NCBI GenBank assembly: GCA_965637545.1
Contig: OZ281498.1
Span: 4,030,001 to 4,094,000 of the forward strand
Reading direction: 5' to 3'
Source: Phallusia mammillata
Lineage: Eukaryota
Length of the DNA stretch: 64,000 nucleotides
Position 1 is the stretch's first letter. Each line of letters begins with the position of its first letter. The notes under the pieces are model-generated. The model made no database searches and was not told the DNA's origin. It worked only from the letters and a program-made list of their open reading frames with translations. Shown here piece after piece: positions 11,120 to 22,985 of this stretch. Position numbers and translations under genes: made by a program.

Positions 11120-11510
11120 CAAACGAAAATCTTGGCGTTGTGATTGTAAGGCGACAATGCGGCCGCGCATTTATGTGTTCAGTTCACACTGTGCACGATG
11201 CTGAACGGAAAGCGGAATCACAGGCACCAATGTCTGTGAAACAATGTTCGTTGGATACTTGCTTGTGGGGTTTCAATTTAGTCAGGTTTGGTTAAACTAA
11301 TACGAAAGGAACAAACTATAGTCCCAAAAGTTTTGAACTTATGATTTTTACCAAATGTTAACGCAGATTTTTGCCAACTTGCTGCGGGATTCTCTTCGGT
11401 GAAAAAAACATGAAAGCAGTTAATCACAATCACAGCCTTCGTGATTTTTCGTACTGCGGAAGACGCTTTTGTCAAAATCCAATTTTCACGCTACAAAACA
11501 TTCATCAGGC
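11120..11510 (+). pseudogene. Old A-related UNC93-like relic (exons 3-4)
   Basis: Exon 3 reads KATMRP..SHCARC*..ETMFVGYLLVGFQFSQ|gt (11285). Exon 4 from 11367 reads IFANLL[5-nt deletion]GILFGEKN...DFSYCGRRFCQNP. Confidence 0.75.
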
Positions 11511-11771
11511 TATTGAACTGGATGCTGTTTTATTTCGTTTTTACTTGTTTTAGACATTACTACACCGAAAAGTGTTTAAGGTACACAAACATTTCATTTC
11601 TCACTTGTACTTACTGTTATATTCCAAGTTGCCCTCAAACGTTCTGTTTAAGTCATTGTCTATTATTGTCCACTGCAGAGTTGTAAGTCGGGCCGGGCTT
11701 TTCGAGCCTGGTTCGGGCTTGGGTTTCTTAAAAAAATGTGCCTGATTCGGGTGTGACTTTACACTCTATGT

Positions 11772-12769
11772 CAGGGGTGGGGAATCTGCGGCCTTTTAGG
11801 GCACTAAGTGCGGCCTTTGATATCAAAATACATTTTAGGATGTTAATATTACGGACTGCACCAGGCGTTGTGAAGTAGACAGAAACGTATTTTTCGATCT
11901 TTATTCCACTTTACTATTTGATTAGTTCTAGGGCAGCGGTTTTCAAATTAGAGCCAAACGGTCCCATAGTGGTTTACATCAGTGGTTCCCAACCGCTGGT
12001 CCGCGGACCGGTGCCGGTCCGCGTAAATATTTTGCCGGTCTGCAAATTATTTTACTTTATTTCTACGTTTTAAAGTAGGCCTATTGCAAAGTTGTTGGCT
12101 GTAAAACTGGGGTAGCTCTCCACCGTTGATATCCGCAAAATTACTTAAAAAAGCTTTTGTGACGTTTATAATTGTTTTGTCATAAACTGCGTCTAGCATT
12201 CAACATTTCTTTGTAAAACAAAGTTATTCTTCACTTTTAAGATGAGATTCATACTGGCAGCTAAACAACAGCAAACATCCCACTAACATTGACTTTGTAT
12301 GTAAATGGATTGGCGTTTTGTTGTTTAAGTTGATTGCCGTTTGGTTCACTACGATCTTTTGTTGCCGGTCCGTGGAAATTTTTTAAGTTTTTACCGGTCC
12401 AATGGCGTGGAAAGGTTGGGAACCTCTGGTTTACATGGCGATTTCCGTAGTTGCAAAAGAACAATTGTTTGCGCATAATCGAATGTCTTAACTTGTCTGT
12501 GATGTCACACGGTGCTCTTAGATCACTGATATCTGTAAACAAGCCAGTTTCTAGGTTAAATAATTCCTGAATGTTGTAGTTAAGATTGGAATGTAGTAAG
12601 GGATTATATTTAGCTTGGACCGTAAGTGCTACAACTCTAGAAGGGATTTGCAAAACGACAATTCTGTACGTCACCACTGTCCTTGGCCTGGGAAATAGTC
12701 CATGTGGCCTAAACGACTATTGATAAACCGTTTGGTGGCCTTTATAAACCAAAAGGTTCCCCACCCCTG
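11772..12769 (+). mobile_element. hAT MITE
   Basis: TIRs are CAGGGGTGGGGAA / TTCCCCACCCCTG, with a perfect 8-bp TSD ctctatgt (11764, 12770). Confidence 0.9.
11980..12428 (+). mobile_element. hAT MITE nested in the previous element
   Basis: TIRs are CAGTGGTTCCCAACC / GGTTGGGAACCTCTG, with a perfect 8-bp TSD gtttacat (11972, 12429). Confidence 0.9.
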
Positions 12770-13223
12770 CTCTATGTCAATAATTTTTTAACAAATTGAA
12801 CCAGCTAAGTAGCTAGTTGCTGGACCTGACCTAATTTTAAACAGCCCTATAACGCATTGTTTAAGACCGATTGTCTATTGTGTTTGTTGTCTTTGTCTTT
12901 CTTGGTGCTTCAATATATAGGCCCAGTTTGGGCATGGTTTCGGGCATGTGCTTACGGCTTTGGGTCGGGTTCGGCTCCAATTTGAGGCCCGTTTACAACT
13001 CTGGTTCATTGTCTATGTCCTGTTTTTTTATAGACCTGTCAGTCAAACTTTTGGGCGTAATCGGGCTTCTCAGGTTTCAGGCTTGTACTTTAGGGTTCGG
13101 GTCCGTTTACAACTCTGGGCTATAGTGATAGCTAAACTTTTTGGGCAAAACTTTCAATAGATACTACTAAAAGATCTGCTGATACTATATATTCTTTTTA
13201 TTTTTAATGTTTTATTATTTAAG

Positions 13224-13333
13224 GCGTTACATCAGCTTTAGTAACGTATGGCTGCTCAGTCGTTTTCACCGTTTTTCTTACTTCGATTCTACTTCGTGTA
13301 TTGGAAGAAACGTACTCGGAGATTGTGGCCAAG
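13224..13333 (+). pseudogene. Truncated A-type exon 2 (partial fourth copy; exon 1 absent)
   Basis: It follows an A-type intron-1 3' end and reads GVTSALVTYGCSVVFTVFLTSILLRVLEETYSEIV before breaking off just ahead of the inverted unit. Confidence 0.8.
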
Positions 13334-14460
13334 GCTAAAAGCGCTTTTAACTTGTATCAACCAACCAACACAACAGGTTAAGATATTTCACATTTTTGTC
13401 GCAGACTGTAGTATATGCAATACACAATATAATTGCATTCTGTCGTTCAGCTTTTCGTTCTGCTGGATTTGAACGATCAGAATTTAATAAAAATTATACG
13501 TTACCTTAAAATTTAAACATTTAATGTTGACCAGTACAGAGAAAAGATAGGTTATTTGAGAGGTGATCACAGAGATCTTTGCACCCAAAACTGGCATGAG
13601 AACGGGAGTAAAAATTATTCCAAAAATTGCTGCCGTGGCATAAGTCGCAGTAATGGATGCATCTAGAATCCCACAAAATTATAATTTTTGGATTTTAATT
13701 TTCAGGAATTGTTCAATGTCACTTTTATCCAAAAACAATGAGACTCCTCCTTCGATGTTGAAAAAGTTGGAGAATAGGTAGGCAGCAAAAGTTAGAAATA
13801 TTCCACTTGAAAATTGTTACATCTTATTTGCCAGTAATTGCCGATTTCTATTGATTTCCGCTTTTCCTCAGTACAACGTGTGTTTCAATCCATTGCGTTG
13901 TGTGACGTAATAATCGACTGCCAGTTTTGCGTGAGAATAACGCAACGTGGTTTAGTTCTTCTGTCGAGCACGGTGCTCGATATATATGTGTTTAATGACT
14001 CCAAAATGTGAATTACTATAGTCAATGCGAACTTAACTGCAATGACCTAACATGTCATTCGCTTTGTAATAGTTGTACTGTACGTATAGTTGGGTTTAGA
14101 CAAGGTGCTTGAGTTGCATTTTGTTTACGCAGTATTCCTGTTTTCTCCTCACCTGAAGCGTGACTTATTCCTTTACTGCAGGGGTTCCCAACCTGTGGTA
14201 CGCGAAGGTTTTTCCGGTGGTACGCGAGCAGCTTCCGTTTTATCACAAAAACAAAATACAGGTCATGTCAATTGTCATCAAGAAGCACAGTTGCATTGAA
14301 AAGCCGTACAACGTTGTGTGACATTGGGCGTTAATAATGTTGCTCTTGATCTACTGTTTTATAGATTAAGCTACAAATAGCGTTGATGCCGGTTGTAAGC
14401 TAACAATAGATCGGAATAAAATGTTCAATAACAGCTACATTTAAAGAGGTAGTTTATGGG

Positions 14461-14680
14461 GGTAGAGCTACTAACACTGAGCTTGGGCTGGCCCCCGCTC
14501 TGGGAATTTCTGGTAGGTGGCGCTAAGGAGCATAGGCGTTTATGGTGCTGTTACAGCAGTTTGGGTTTATGGTAAGAATAATTGCTGAGTCAGCACCATA
14601 AACGCCTATGCTCCTTAGCGCCACCTACCAGAAATTCCCAGAGCGGGGGCCAGCCCAAGCTCAGTGTTAGTAGCTCTACC
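14461..14680. mobile_element. Mutator/foldback-like MITE
   Basis: Perfect 90-bp TIRs (14461-14550 / 14591-14680, 90/90 by eye), a 40-bp spacer, and a perfect 9-bp TSD gtttatggg (14452, 14681). Confidence 0.85.
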
Positions 14681-15010
14681 GTTTATGGGCATGCTTCGTA
14701 GTAGGCTAGTACTATGAAAGTACCTATACTGGTGGTAATGTGATAATGTAGGAACGTGAGCAGCAAAAATACAAGAAACTAAAAAAAAGTTGTAACTAAC
14801 ATTTTGTTACCAACTTTAGACTATCACATTTGTAGGTTTGACTATTATGGTGGGACGTAAACAAAAATTGCATCAAATTTAGTTATGGTGCTTTAGTGTT
14901 ATTTTGGTAGGCCAATATTCTTCTTCTGAATAAAATATGATTCGATCAAATTAGTTGTTCTGCAAGAAGTGGTACGCGTGGCAGTACATAGCGTCCAAGC
15001 AATGATGATT

Positions 15011-15897
15011 GCCCCAGAAAATCGATTTGGGAAACTCCAAACTTGCACTTTCCCAGGTTGATGACAAGGCCATGGTCGGAAAGCTGTTTGAAAAGACGCT
15101 TTAAATGGTCGTAGTGCTCGGAAAGAGACTTGCTGGCGACGAGGATGTCGTCAAGATAGACGAACACAAAGTCCAAAGATTGACATACCGTGTCCATCAG
15201 TCGCTGAAAGGCCTGTGCCGCATTTTTAAGGCCGAAGGGCATGCGAAGGAATTCAAAAAGGCCAAAAGGGGTAATGACCGCGGTTTTCGCGATGTCAACA
15301 GGTGCCACAGGAACCTGGTGGTAGCCACGAACAAGGTCAGTTTTGGAAAAAACGCTAGAACCTGCCAACCGAGCCGAAAAGTCTTGAATGTGAGGAATGG
15401 CGTAACGATCAGGCTGGGTAGCTGCGTTAAGACGGCGGTAATCGCCGCAGGGGCGCCACCCACCGGACGACTTTGAAACCATGTGCAGTGGCGAGGCCCA
15501 TGGACTGGAAGAGCGTCGAATAATGCCCAGTTGCAGCATGTTGTGAAATTCCTTTTTAACGATGCTGAGTTTCTCGGGAGGGAGACGACGAGCGCGAGAG
15601 TGCACTGGTGGGCCGTTAGTGGGAATGAAATGCTGAACTCCATGCTTTGGAAGCGACTGTGAAAAATTGAAATGCTGAACTCCATGCTTTGGAAGCGACT
15701 GTGGAGTTGTTATTCCTGGGAACTCGGCCAATAGTCGAGCACCAAATGTAGCGAGGTGTTTATTCGAGGTACATCGTAATAGAATAACACAATGTGCGAA
15801 TACGCCGCATAAGACGAGAGTCAGAGAAAGAAGGCAATCTGTCCGGTTCGCTGTAGTATGAAGGCACACGATAACGGTAGTGAGAGAGGACGCTACA
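15011..15897 (-). mobile_element. Ty3/Gypsy fragment: LTR and PBS remnant fused directly to the reverse transcriptase domain
   Basis: RT motifs [48 protein letters not shown] and [13 protein letters not shown] are present. gag, protease, RNase H and integrase are absent. Confidence 0.9.
15747..15897 (-). repeat. 151-bp LTR
   Basis: Termini are TGTAGCG...CGCTACA (7-bp inverted), AATAAA lies just before the 3' end, and TTTGGTG (PBS start) follows. Confidence 0.75.
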
Positions 15898-17355
15898 ATA
15901 CTATGTATATAGTATCATTGGTCCAACTGGTACGAGATCATAAAAAGGTTGGGAAACCCTGCTTTGCTGTCATCCAACATATTGGTAAGAACTGTGTGTG
16001 ACGTCATAAATGCGAGTTGTGGTGATATATGTTATTGTATGTTTAGGTGTGTACCAGTAATTGCTGCGAGTTGAATACCCGTGCTATTTACTTTATCCGG
16101 TTACCACAACAGTTGGTAAGATTTGTGCTGTATTTCTGCATTTAAAGCGCAGTGTGCCAATGTCATGCTTTATGCATAAACCGTATCCTATTTGTCGTCT
16201 CCTACCGTCCTCTTTGTCCTGCATTCAAAGAATTCGCCTAATAAGATCAGCAAAACCTATCTGTGTGGGCTGCTTGTTGGAGGCTATTAGGAATCGCGTT
16301 TTAATTCTCTCCTCGTGTGGCGTTCCGCGCTATAACCGGGTCGCGTTCACGGGACGTAAACAATAGAAACTTCCATACAATTATTTTTCTAATAGTCTGA
16401 ATGCTCGGTTGTTTTAGAAGTTTGCCCATTTTGCAAAATGTTACGTAAAAGTTCCGAATCACCTTTGGTCGGACACCAGTGTGTTGCTTTTTAGCCTAAA
16501 AAACAAACAAACAGATAATTTATGTGTACTTTATTTCAGGGCAATCATACACGACACTGTACATGTGCTAACTCTGCGACTTAAGCTCTTTACCTTCCCA
16601 CTTGTTTCGCCTAAACATCCATCCTAATGGCAGTTCATCATTTTTTATCATATTGTAACAAAAAAACGGTTTTTCCCTTATTCCCTATTACAGCACAAAT
16701 CCATTCTCACACAGTTATCGACTATGTACAATTGACCAATATTTGTAAAGCAAAGGTTTGCTGCATTCTGTATAATTTGTATTTACACAGTGCCTCCATC
16801 AAACACTGTTTCAATCGTTACGTTTCTTCAGTACAGGGACATACGAATAGTATTCGCTTAAGAACATCACAAGTTGCATTTTTCAAGGAATTTAAGGATA
16901 TTCATATTATACTGCTTCTGAAAATATCGTTTGTTTGCAGTTGCAATTTCCTTTAGGAGGCTAAATACTATGTGACATAATTGATAGCAAATTGCATGGT
17001 GGCCCTTTTTTGTATGCAAAACACTATTAAAACTATTTAGCGAAATACGCTTGGCAGACAACATTTCCCAGAAAATATTTTTTTATTTGAATATACATTA
17101 CAGCTGCAAATGCACAACTTGTAAACTTATTTTTACAGACGTGTAATACACTATACATAGTGCACGGTATTATTCTGGGCAGAAGGTTGCCATTTTGAAC
17201 AAAGCCGTCACCATGATGAAAAAAAAGTTGGAAAGGCAATTTTGCAGCAAAGGTCGAACTAGTTCTTTTTTAAAGTTTCCAAAGATACTGTTTTCGACCG
17301 CGCAGTAATATTTTGCAGTCGTTTTTATATCTTCTTTTCCATGCTTGATATTTTT

Positions 17356-20300
17356 TTAGCCACTTTTGTCCTTCTTTGTCTGAATACGATGAGCAACACC
17401 TGCGTACATATACAAATAACGTAAAAAGGTTTGTTATGTCTTTAGTTCACAATTGACCTTAAACAAGATAATCTGTAAATTAGATTTTTTTTCTTCCTCC
17501 AAATTTAAACCGACGAAATTGTAGTCTTAAACACGGATCCCTGTTATATGCTCACCGTAGGTTAAAATTGAAAAACAGAGTAATCCCATTTGCACATAAA
17601 TCTTTGTTCTGACACAAAGACTTGTGCTCCAACCAAACTGCACCGCTGCACCAACCATCATCCACAAGTTCCATACCACAAAGGCGATATCTCGCTTTTT
17701 TGAAAAGTAATCAATGTATGTATCTGAAACAATATTACAAGTTTGCTTTGCCATAACTTTAAGCGCGAAATCGCATAAGTGGTTCTTACCGCTGATTGTT
17801 GTTATCCAAGTAATGCTGGCAAAGGCTGTTGTAACGTATATGACATAAGTCCAACCTAAATTTTGGCTTGATGGTTGCCAAAAGAGAAGAAACAGCCAAC
17901 ATGACAAGTCGATTCCAAAGCCTAGCATAATAGTGACTTTCCGACCATATCGACTGGACAACGAACTGGCCAGCATTGACCATATGCCACCCGCCGCGCT
18001 ATGTACTGCCATATTAAGTCCGATCTATTTCACGAAAACAGTTTGTCACTATAATAAAAAATGATCACCAAAAAAACTGCAATCGCACCTGCTGGACCCC
18101 AAATAGACAGGAACTATAAGCTCTGGATAGATCTGACAGTATGAAGCCCACATACATTCCACCATACAAAGCAAACGGTGCTAAAAGAAGTTGTTGTGGA
18201 TGAAATAGGAGACTAAATGTTTCTTTGATGCTGGACAATACTGGGGTGAAAACGTTCTGCAAACAAGGAATAATAATTATTTTATGAATAACACAAACGT
18301 TTTTAGTTTACCTTGGTTTTGAAATGAACTCCATCGCTGTTTATGTTCTCCCCTTCAAGTCTTGTGTCGCTGGTTTGTTTCGTTTCTTCATCCTTTAACG
18401 CTGCTTCTAAAAATACAATTCACGCTTATTTCGACGAATCTTTATTCTAATGGTACATTTCCAACCTTGTTGAAATAATTTAAAAGCCTACTGCAAACGT
18501 TTTAGGCCATGCGCAACTTAATATAGTGCAATATACCTCGCGCACTGTTGGTACAGTTTGTATTAACATTTACAAACAGATATGTTATTCTCTATTCTCA
18601 AAACAAATACGCTCAAATTCTTCAACAGAAAGTGTTTGCGCAATGATCCTAGGGCTTTAAATCAAGCTCAAATTAAGTTGTCTGTTTATTTGGAAAAATA
18701 CCTTCTGAAGTTTGGGTTTCCGGATTAACAGCTTCAAGAGAAACATCAATATCTTTCAGCATCGTCAAATACACGATGATTGACACAACAAGCAATCCAG
18801 CCATCACTCCCAAAACCAAGTAAAGAGTAATTTGAGACGGCGGCACATACATGTCAATATTCTCGTTTGTGGCGTTTGGATCTTGGCAATCATTTGCGCC
18901 ACAATACGAAAAATCGACTGTTGATTGATTTTGATTTCCAAACAAATTTTTACCACCAAAAAGAATTCCATATGACAGCAAGTTTGCAAATATCTGTCAC
19001 AACAATATATTTTTTTAAAGAACAGAAAGCGACTTGTTGTATAAGATGGCCAAGTTATATTTTATAACCTTTCTGACCATTGTCGTAGACATGTGGCAAG
19101 TGTCATTAATAGGGAAATTATTTTTTGACCTAACAAACGAAAAAATTTGACCTACAAATTAAAAATGTTGACGTCTGAAGAATTCAAGTAGTTAAAGCAT
19201 TATCATTTGTCTAAACGAAAGATACTTGAAGTATCTAAAGCAAAACCGAAGCAAGAGCTGCACCTAACCTACAGCTGCCGTAAAATGACTTGGGACCTAC
19301 AAATTTTTTTTAAACGTTTTGAGGTGTGTTGAGCATCACACCATATCAACCTAATTATTCACTTAATCGTTTATGAATCCCAATAAGTACCCAATGGGTC
19401 ATTTACAGCAGTATAAAGTAGGCTACAAGGTGTAAACTGAAAAGTTCACTGAAAAATTATGACTTTGTAAGCAATTTTGAAGATATTTGTTTGACTTATT
19501 ATAAAAATTTGACAGATTTTTGACTTTTTTTACAAGTCAAAAAATAATTGCCCTATTAATAGTCATTAACCCTTCCACCAAAAAAGAGGATTATCGCACT
19601 TCTTTTATTACATAACACAGTGTTTTAAACCAACTATTAAAAAATCACATGTGTTTTAGCACCCAACTGTACTGTACCTGACTTAGATAATATCCACTAA
19701 AGTAAATTCCCACAAACATAGTTTCGTAGGCGGATGTGTCTTTGTTCCCGTGTCGAGCGTAACACCGCGCGTAGTGAACAGTAAACAATAACAAGGTTGG
19801 CCACATCGTCGCCTCCCCGACTGCCACAAGTGTCGCAGCAGGGATCAGAATATAGGGTTCTGCAAACGAAAACGAGGTACTATAAGTAATTATGTTAGAC
19901 ATTATATTTGCACAAACTATTCGAAAAAAATACAAAATAAGAATGTGCGGGGCACGCACGCATGCACGCACAGATTGATGAAAACAATCCTGCGTGACAC
20001 GAAATTGCGTACAAGGAAAACGGAAGCACAGTATTCAACACGCAATGCAACTGCTGCAAACGATAACAAATAGTACAAGAAAAGAAATAAAATAGTGGTT
20101 GCGAAAAAACGAAAAGGTTTGTATGGGTAATATTGCAACAAAATACTAAAGCTTTACATAATATTATTGTTGTAGTAATACTTCCTTTTTTAAATTTTAA
20201 CCATTTTAAAGTACATTACCTGGATAGAAATTGGCCAATATGTAAATCAAGTACGTGACTTGGGCCACAATCGCCGAGTACCTTTCACCCAATACACGAA

Positions 20301-21037
20301 GTAGAATTGGAGCAAGAAATATGCTGAAAACGACTGAGCAGCTGTACGTTACTGAAGCTGATGTAACACCTAAATCAACAAAATAGTGGAAACGAAACCA
20401 ATGGCCCACTACCCTTCAAAACTGACATAGAGTATATTAGTATCAGCAGAGTGTTTTGTAGTATTAATCATTGAATGTCTTGTCCAATTGGTAAAGTTAA
20501 ACAAGCATTCTTGTGTCAACAAAGCCCGAAATTCGACCTCACACCCGACCCAAACCCCAAACTACCAAATCCAAACCCGGTCCGGACCCGAATTGTATTT
20601 GAGACACCTATTTTGGCCCAAAAGTTTGATTAACAAGTCTACAATAAAGAAGTCATACACAATGGACACTAATAGACAATGCCTAAACATGACGTTTCAG
20701 GGCTGCTGTACTTTAGGTTTAAGTCCTGCAACTACAACTGTTTATGTAGGTATTTTTTTAAAGCGGACGCGTAAAGTGATTTCAGGCGCAAATTAAGCCG
20801 GTTTGTTGTAAATTGTAACCTGAACCCAAACCTGACCCGACTTACAACTTTGAGTGACATGTGCAAAACAATTTATTTAAAAAACGACATCAGGAGCAGT
20901 AATTGCTTACCTACACCATCTTTAATGTTAATGCTGGATTGCAGCAGTAAAATTGAAAAGTATGCACCATAAGTGAGAAAGTATCCAATGAAAAACCAGA
21001 AAAACTTTCTAAGAACCTCCTTTTTTCCACTTTGCAT
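17356..21037 (-). CDS. UNC93A: UNC-93-like MFS protein, paralog B (9 exons, 486 aa)
   Basis: Minus-strand exons 21037-20911, 20369-20220, 19859-19678, 18993-18702, 18406-18312, 18256-18089, 18024-17790, 17723-17556, 17399-17356 total 1461 nt, with the same exon sizes as A and C. Confidence 0.88.
19111..19554. mobile_element. MITE in intron 3 of B
   Basis: 19-bp TIRs agggaaattattttttgac / gtcaaaaaataattgccct (18/19), flanked on both sides by ATTAAT. It is absent from the 222-nt intron 3 of C. Confidence 0.75.
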
Positions 21038-21547
21038 CTTTGATCTTGTCGAAAAAGTAATAACTTATTTTGTTTTTGACCTAAATTAGCTCTGTAAATA
21101 AAACGAATACTTATTGATAGCACTGCTGTTAACTCTTGCCTTTTTTAGGTGTGAACTTTATTTTCGTCGTTTTGTGGCAACAAACTGTTGTAGTTTCCGT
21201 CACACCATTGAATCACGAGGCTGTTTCCTGAATTTGATGTATGATGTCTACATTTGTTTATTAAGCGACACACGCGTTCCAAAAATGTTAAAGAAAGATT
21301 TTTTTAAATATTTGTAACGGCGACAAAACCTATGTTCGATACGGTTTGATGTGTGGCATGCTGGCATCTTGATTTCACAGGTGAAATATGGCTATTGCCT
21401 CCCACTTGTGGTTTATGCGTTTGCAATCTGCAGTTGTGTGTTGTGAGTCGCTTTGTTGTTGTATTGATCAAGCCGGATCTGACAGGCTAATCTATGACAG
21501 ATTATTATATTTTCGCGCTTCCGTCGAGGCAAGGTAAAGGTTTATGC

Positions 21548-21878
21548 CAGTGGTTCCCAACCTTCTTTGTTACATTCCTCCCTTTGCCCATTTTCGAACT
21601 ATTCATTCCTCCCCATAAGACGAAAAACAAATATAACATAAAAAATTATAGCAATTTGAAATAGACCTTATGATTAGGGATGTCCATTTCAGAATCCTTT
21701 ACAACCGGTATCAAATGTGAACCGGGTCCAAATTATCATGGACATAATAATGTATAAACAAAAATATGATGTAACGTTTCCAATGTAAATGTTTTTATTA
21801 CAGTTTGTATGAAATTCCTCCCCTGAACTCATAAAATTCCTCCCTCGGGAGAAATTCCTCCCCGGTTGGGAACCACTG
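21548..21878 (+). mobile_element. hAT MITE
   Basis: TIRs are CAGTGGTTCCCAACC / GGTTGGGAACCACTG, and the TSD is gtttatgc / gtttaggc (7/8). Confidence 0.88.
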
Positions 21879-22191
21879 GTTTAGGCAATCAATCTCGTTT
21901 GAGTTGCAATTGCTTTTAAGGCTTTATTTGGTAGCGACTGTATTCAGCAGTGCTGCTTGAGCATTGCTCATTGTGGTATAAAACTTCGATCTGACTCTTT
22001 GAATAAACAAGCTAATCGCTGAACATTTATACCCAATGACGCCAAAGACGCCACCTATATGACGTTAAGTTCCCTATATTTCTATATTTCAAGTCTATAT
22101 TTCAAAGCATGGCACAACGGTGCTACTTGCAGTTTCAGCACATAACATAAATGAAACTGCGTTATGCACTATAAGCAAACTCTCTCTAAAC

Positions 22192-22985
22192 CAGTAGTTC
22201 TCAACGGGAGCCCCAACGCCCCCCATTATGGGGGCCCAGCGACCAGTAAAATTAGATTTGACTGTATTTATTATATTGGGTACTTTGTTTGCTACGTGTT
22301 TTTGATGATGATGTCACAATGCATTTTAACAAATCACAATGCGTCATTTATCGGGGTTTGTCTGCGCTTTAAAAGCAAAATTTGCAGGTAGCAATTGACT
22401 TGTGCTTGGCCGAACCCAGCGTGAACCCGAGTGCTTGATATACAGAGCATCGCATTTTTTTTGATGTCACAATTGAACGTGTGATTTGTTTACTGCTGAC
22501 GTACAGAAGTAAAAAATAACAGTTTTAACACGTTTTAAAAACGCCAGAGAATGGAAACACGCTCATTGAAAGTGTTTTAAATTAGTTACCGTTTGCTACA
22601 TAAAAACGTTGGTGTTTCACTCAGCGTTGGCTTTCCTTACATGTTATGCAGAAAGTGTTTGTGACGTAACAAAACACACCGAACTTTAACTTGCCATGCT
22701 CGGTGCTTGACCAAACAAAACAAATGCAGTTAGGGCCATTCGCGGGTACCAAGCTAAAAGCAATGAGCACTGTCTGCAGTTAGTGGTATCGTGTTGAAAT
22801 AATTTTTAAAATATTTATGATTAGGTGCTAAGATATAGCCTGTTAAACATTCGCTCGCAATTATCGCATTGAAGTTGTTCGTGAAATAAAATCGTTTTGG
22901 ATTTGTCAGTTTTTTGGGGAGGAGGCGTTTATTCATTACGAACACGCAAAATGGGTGGTATTAGAAAAAAGGTTGAGAAACACTG
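22192..22985 (+). mobile_element. hAT MITE
   Basis: TIRs are CAGTAGTTCTCAAC / GTTGAGAAACACTG, with a perfect TSD ctctaaac (22184, 22986). Confidence 0.88.

Larger units (their letters stand above)
11676..13003 (+). mobile_element. CAGAGTTGTAA-TIR MITE hosting two nested hAT MITEs, itself inserted in an older copy of the same family (ending 13117)
   Basis: TIRs are CAGAGTTGTAA / TTACAACTCTG. The degenerate 8-bp TSD is gtccactg / gttcattg. The flanks rejoin to give the family-internal sequence attgtctattattgtcc...tatgtcctg seen at 4550-4580. Confidence 0.65.
14179..15961 (+). mobile_element. hAT MITE carrying a foldback element and a Gypsy fragment
   Basis: TIRs are CAGGGGTTCCCAACC / GGTTGGGAAACCCTG, and the TSD is ctttactg / ctttgctg (7/8). 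Confidence 0.85.
13523..16429 (-). pseudogene. Second truncated D-type pseudogene (exons 1-2); exon 1 is split by an insertion of about 2.5 kb
   Basis: ATGGGCAAACTT starts at 16429 on the minus strand. Exon 1 halves lie at about 16359-16429 and 13742-13813, and an exon 2 relic at 13523-13662 lacks its donor. Confidence 0.8.
13381..21290 (-). repeat. Segmental duplication unit 2 (inverted)
   Basis: Reverse-complement similarity to units 1 and 3, covering gene B, its 3' flank, the D-type upstream block (16600-16990) and D-type exons 1-2. Confidence 0.8.

Noticed and set aside
15105-15685. ORFs 15105-15476 (+) and 15197-15685 (-)
   Set aside because: They are antisense or alternative-frame shadows of the Gypsy RT, with no independent motif.
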